A DNA stretch of 64,000 bases from Octopus vulgaris (Eukaryota), in the NCBI GenBank assembly GCA_951406725.2, contig OX597818.1, positions 38,316,001-38,380,000 on the forward strand. Direction: 5' to 3'. Positions within the stretch are counted from its first letter, which is position 1. Every line of letters starts with the position of its first letter. The notes below the pieces were generated by a model. That model saw only the letters and a program-made list of their open reading frames with translations. It ran no database searches and was not told the origin of the DNA. Below are positions 61,722 to 64,000 of the stretch, piece after piece. The position numbers were made by a program, and so were the translations under genes.

Positions 61722-62610
61722 CATCATCAAGCATTCATTTTCCATGCTGGCACAGGTTGAACAGCTTGAGAGGAACTGGCAAGGTCAAGGGCTGCCAGAT
61801 TCCATAGTTTTAGCTTGGTTTCTATGGTTGGATGCCCTTCCTAACGCCAACCACTTTGCAGAGTGTACTGGGTACTTTTTACATGGCACCATCACCAGTG
61901 ATTTTTACATAGCACCAACACCAATGCTTTTTATATGACACCAGCATCTATACCAATGGTTTTCATGTGGCACCTTGATTCTAGGATCTCAATTCTGTTG
62001 TGGTAAGCAGGTCTTCTTGAGTACAGCAATCTGCCACAATATCTTGGTCCTGTCATCTCCTTTGTAAGGCTCATCATTTTGAGATTAGCCTTCAATACTT
62101 CATCCCATGTCTTCCTCTTCCACAACTTCCTTCTACTTTAAGTGATCAGTATTTCATAAAGCAACTGTCGGCATCCATCCGCATCATATAACCACACCAG
62201 CACAGTCCCCTCTCTTGCACACTGCATATAATTCCTCTTATGCCCAACATCACTCTCATTACACCAGTACTGACATTGCACAACCAGCAAAGCATACTAG
62301 CTTTGTACCACTCTTGCCTTTGTATGTCCTTTGCATTTAGGGTCCATGTATCACTACCATACTGCATACAATCTTCCCTTTAATTAGAGAGAGAGAGAGA
62401 CCATTGGTTGCCAACAGAGGTAAAAGCTGTCAGAACTTTTTCCATCTTATTCTAGAATGTACACTTTCTGAACAACCTCCTCCACTGCTACTTATGTTAT
62501 CTAGGTAGCAAAACTTATCTACAATTCCAGAGAACCACTGGGACATTCAAGGAAAGAGGTTTCCTGTGTATCTTTGGGTTTTATGACTCCCATACATCTT
62601 CCACATACAT
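61717..62610 (-). mobile_element. Old decayed RTE 3' portion
   Basis: MQYGSDTWTL..ASMLCWLCNV..QERGLCWCGY..KTWDEVLKANL fragments, then a degenerate UTR core and (GAT)n tail. Confidence 0.7.
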
Positions 62611-62942
62611 ATGTATACATATTTATATATGTTTTTATGTTAAGCTGTATATAAAAACAACTTAACATTAAACCAAAGGATTACTGAATACTTTTTTTTG
62701 TAGAGTACATGCTTATTAAAATTTTACAAGGTTGACATTTCAGCTTACTCATCTGCATATATATATATATATTATTTTACTTGTTTCAGTCATTTGACTA
62801 CAGCCATGCTGGAGCACCACCTCTAGTTGAACAGATCGACACTAGCACTTATTCTATCAGTCACTTTTGCCAAACCATTAAGTTACAGGGTGTAAACACA
62901 CCAACATCGATTGTCAAGCAATGGTGGTAGGGAGGAACACAA

Positions 62943-62984
<42 letters not shown>

Positions 62985-63141
62985 GTTATCGCCATACTAA
63001 TATGGCATTCTTATAAAAATAAGAATAAAGCTGTCCGCTTATTAGCTCCATGAGGCCATCGCCTTAAGTTAGCTATTTGATACACAAACTGTATCCATAT
63101 AACCTTCGAACAAGGGAGGTCAGTCGCTCCACACTACTTGA

Positions 63142-63197
63142 CCGGTAGCTACAGACGCGTTTCGGGGTATTGCCCCTTTTCAATGCAGCGTAGCCAG
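63142..63197 (-). ncRNA. Type I hammerhead ribozyme (U3-A8 core), family 2, minus copy
   Basis: CTGGC TAC GCTGCA TTGAAAA GGGG CAATA CCCC GAAAC GC GTC TGTAGC T ACCGG. Confidence 0.8.
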
Positions 63198-63593
63198 ACC
63201 AGTAGGTGTCGCTTCTGACAATCTCTGTTCAAAGGTTTTATTTACCTAGCTTCGGTGGAATACATCCACTTGTTTTCAATAATAGAAATATTAAATATTA
63301 AAATTATTATAACCTTGTTCGAAGGTTATATGGATACAGTTTGGTTATCAAATAGCTAACTTAAGGCGATGGCCTCATGGAGCTAATAAGCGGACAGCTT
63401 TATTCTTATTTTTATAAGAATGCCATATTAGTATGGCGATAACTATTATTTTCCGGGAACGCTGCCGTTGTTCTCTTTTAGAGAGACTTAGTAATTTTAA
63501 TATTTCTATTATTGAAAACAAGTGGATGTATTCCACCGAAGCTAGGTAAATAAAACCTTTGAACAGAGATTGTCAGAAGCGACACCTACTGGT

Positions 63594-63649
63594 CTGGCTA
63601 CGCTGCATTGAAAAGGGGCAATACCCCGAAACGCGTCTGTAGCTGCCGG
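63594..63649 (+). ncRNA. Type I hammerhead ribozyme (U3-A8 core), family 2, plus copy
   Basis: CTGGC TAC GCTGCA TTGAAAA GGGG CAATA CCCC GAAAC GC GTC TGTAGC T GCCGG. All stems pair. Predicted cleavage after C63637. Confidence 0.82.
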
Positions 63650-64000
63650 TCAAGTAGTGTGGAGCGACTGACCTCCCTTGTTCGAAGGTTATATGGATAC
63701 AGTTTGTGTATCAAATAGCTAACTTAAGGCGATGGCCTCATGGAGCTAATAAGCGGACAGCTTTATTCTTATTTTTATAAGAATGCCATATTAGTATGGC
63801 GATAACTATTATTTTCCGGGAACGCTGCCGTTGTTCTCTTTTAGAGAGACTTAGTAATTTTAATATTTCTATTATATATATATAATTAATTGTTATCGCC
63901 ATATTAATATGGCATTCTTATAGATATAAGAATAATCACTGCCGCTGGTCAGCTCCATGAGGCCACCGCCTTAAGATAGCTATTGATACACACTGTTGTA

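Larger units (their letters stand above)
62981..64000. mobile_element. Hammerhead-bearing non-coding retroelement, family 2: 363-nt monomer in tandem and inverted copies within (TA)n
   Basis: Minus copy 62981-63295, plus-strand 1.5-mer 63313-63873 (period 363), and a diverged minus copy from about 63889 to the window end. Confidence 0.8.

Overview
AT-rich, repeat-dense animal genomic DNA. The SINE, RTE and MITE landscape looks like a coleoid cephalopod, probably Octopus (inferred from recognising the repeats, not checked by search). Three spliced housekeeping genes can be assembled by hand with consistent GT-AG phases: INTS12 (minus, 5 coding exons, 20024 down to 1772, running off the left edge), HIKESHI/OPI10 (plus, 4 exons, 27023-38223, 192 aa, head-to-head with INTS12) and C9orf78/Tls1 (minus, 9 exons, 57395-41878, 295 aa). 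Introns and intergenic DNA hold RTE LINE fragments (one young copy with an open RT ORF carrying an internal PHD finger), tRNA-derived SINEs, decayed mariner, Tigger and CR1 elements, and hAT, piggyBac, Merlin-like and Helitron-like non-autonomous elements. The most interesting signal is non-coding: two families of about 360-nt circularly permuted or tandem monomers (20597-21241 and 62981-64000). Each monomer carries a type I hammerhead ribozyme fold with a non-canonical core (U3.G8 or U3-A8), and the two families share a covarying downstream RNA structure. They are candidate retrozyme or Penelope-mobilised circular-RNA elements. Further degenerate hammerheads, including a G3-C8 variant, sit in (TA)n or A-rich inserts. 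All RNA folds were read by eye and none has been tested.
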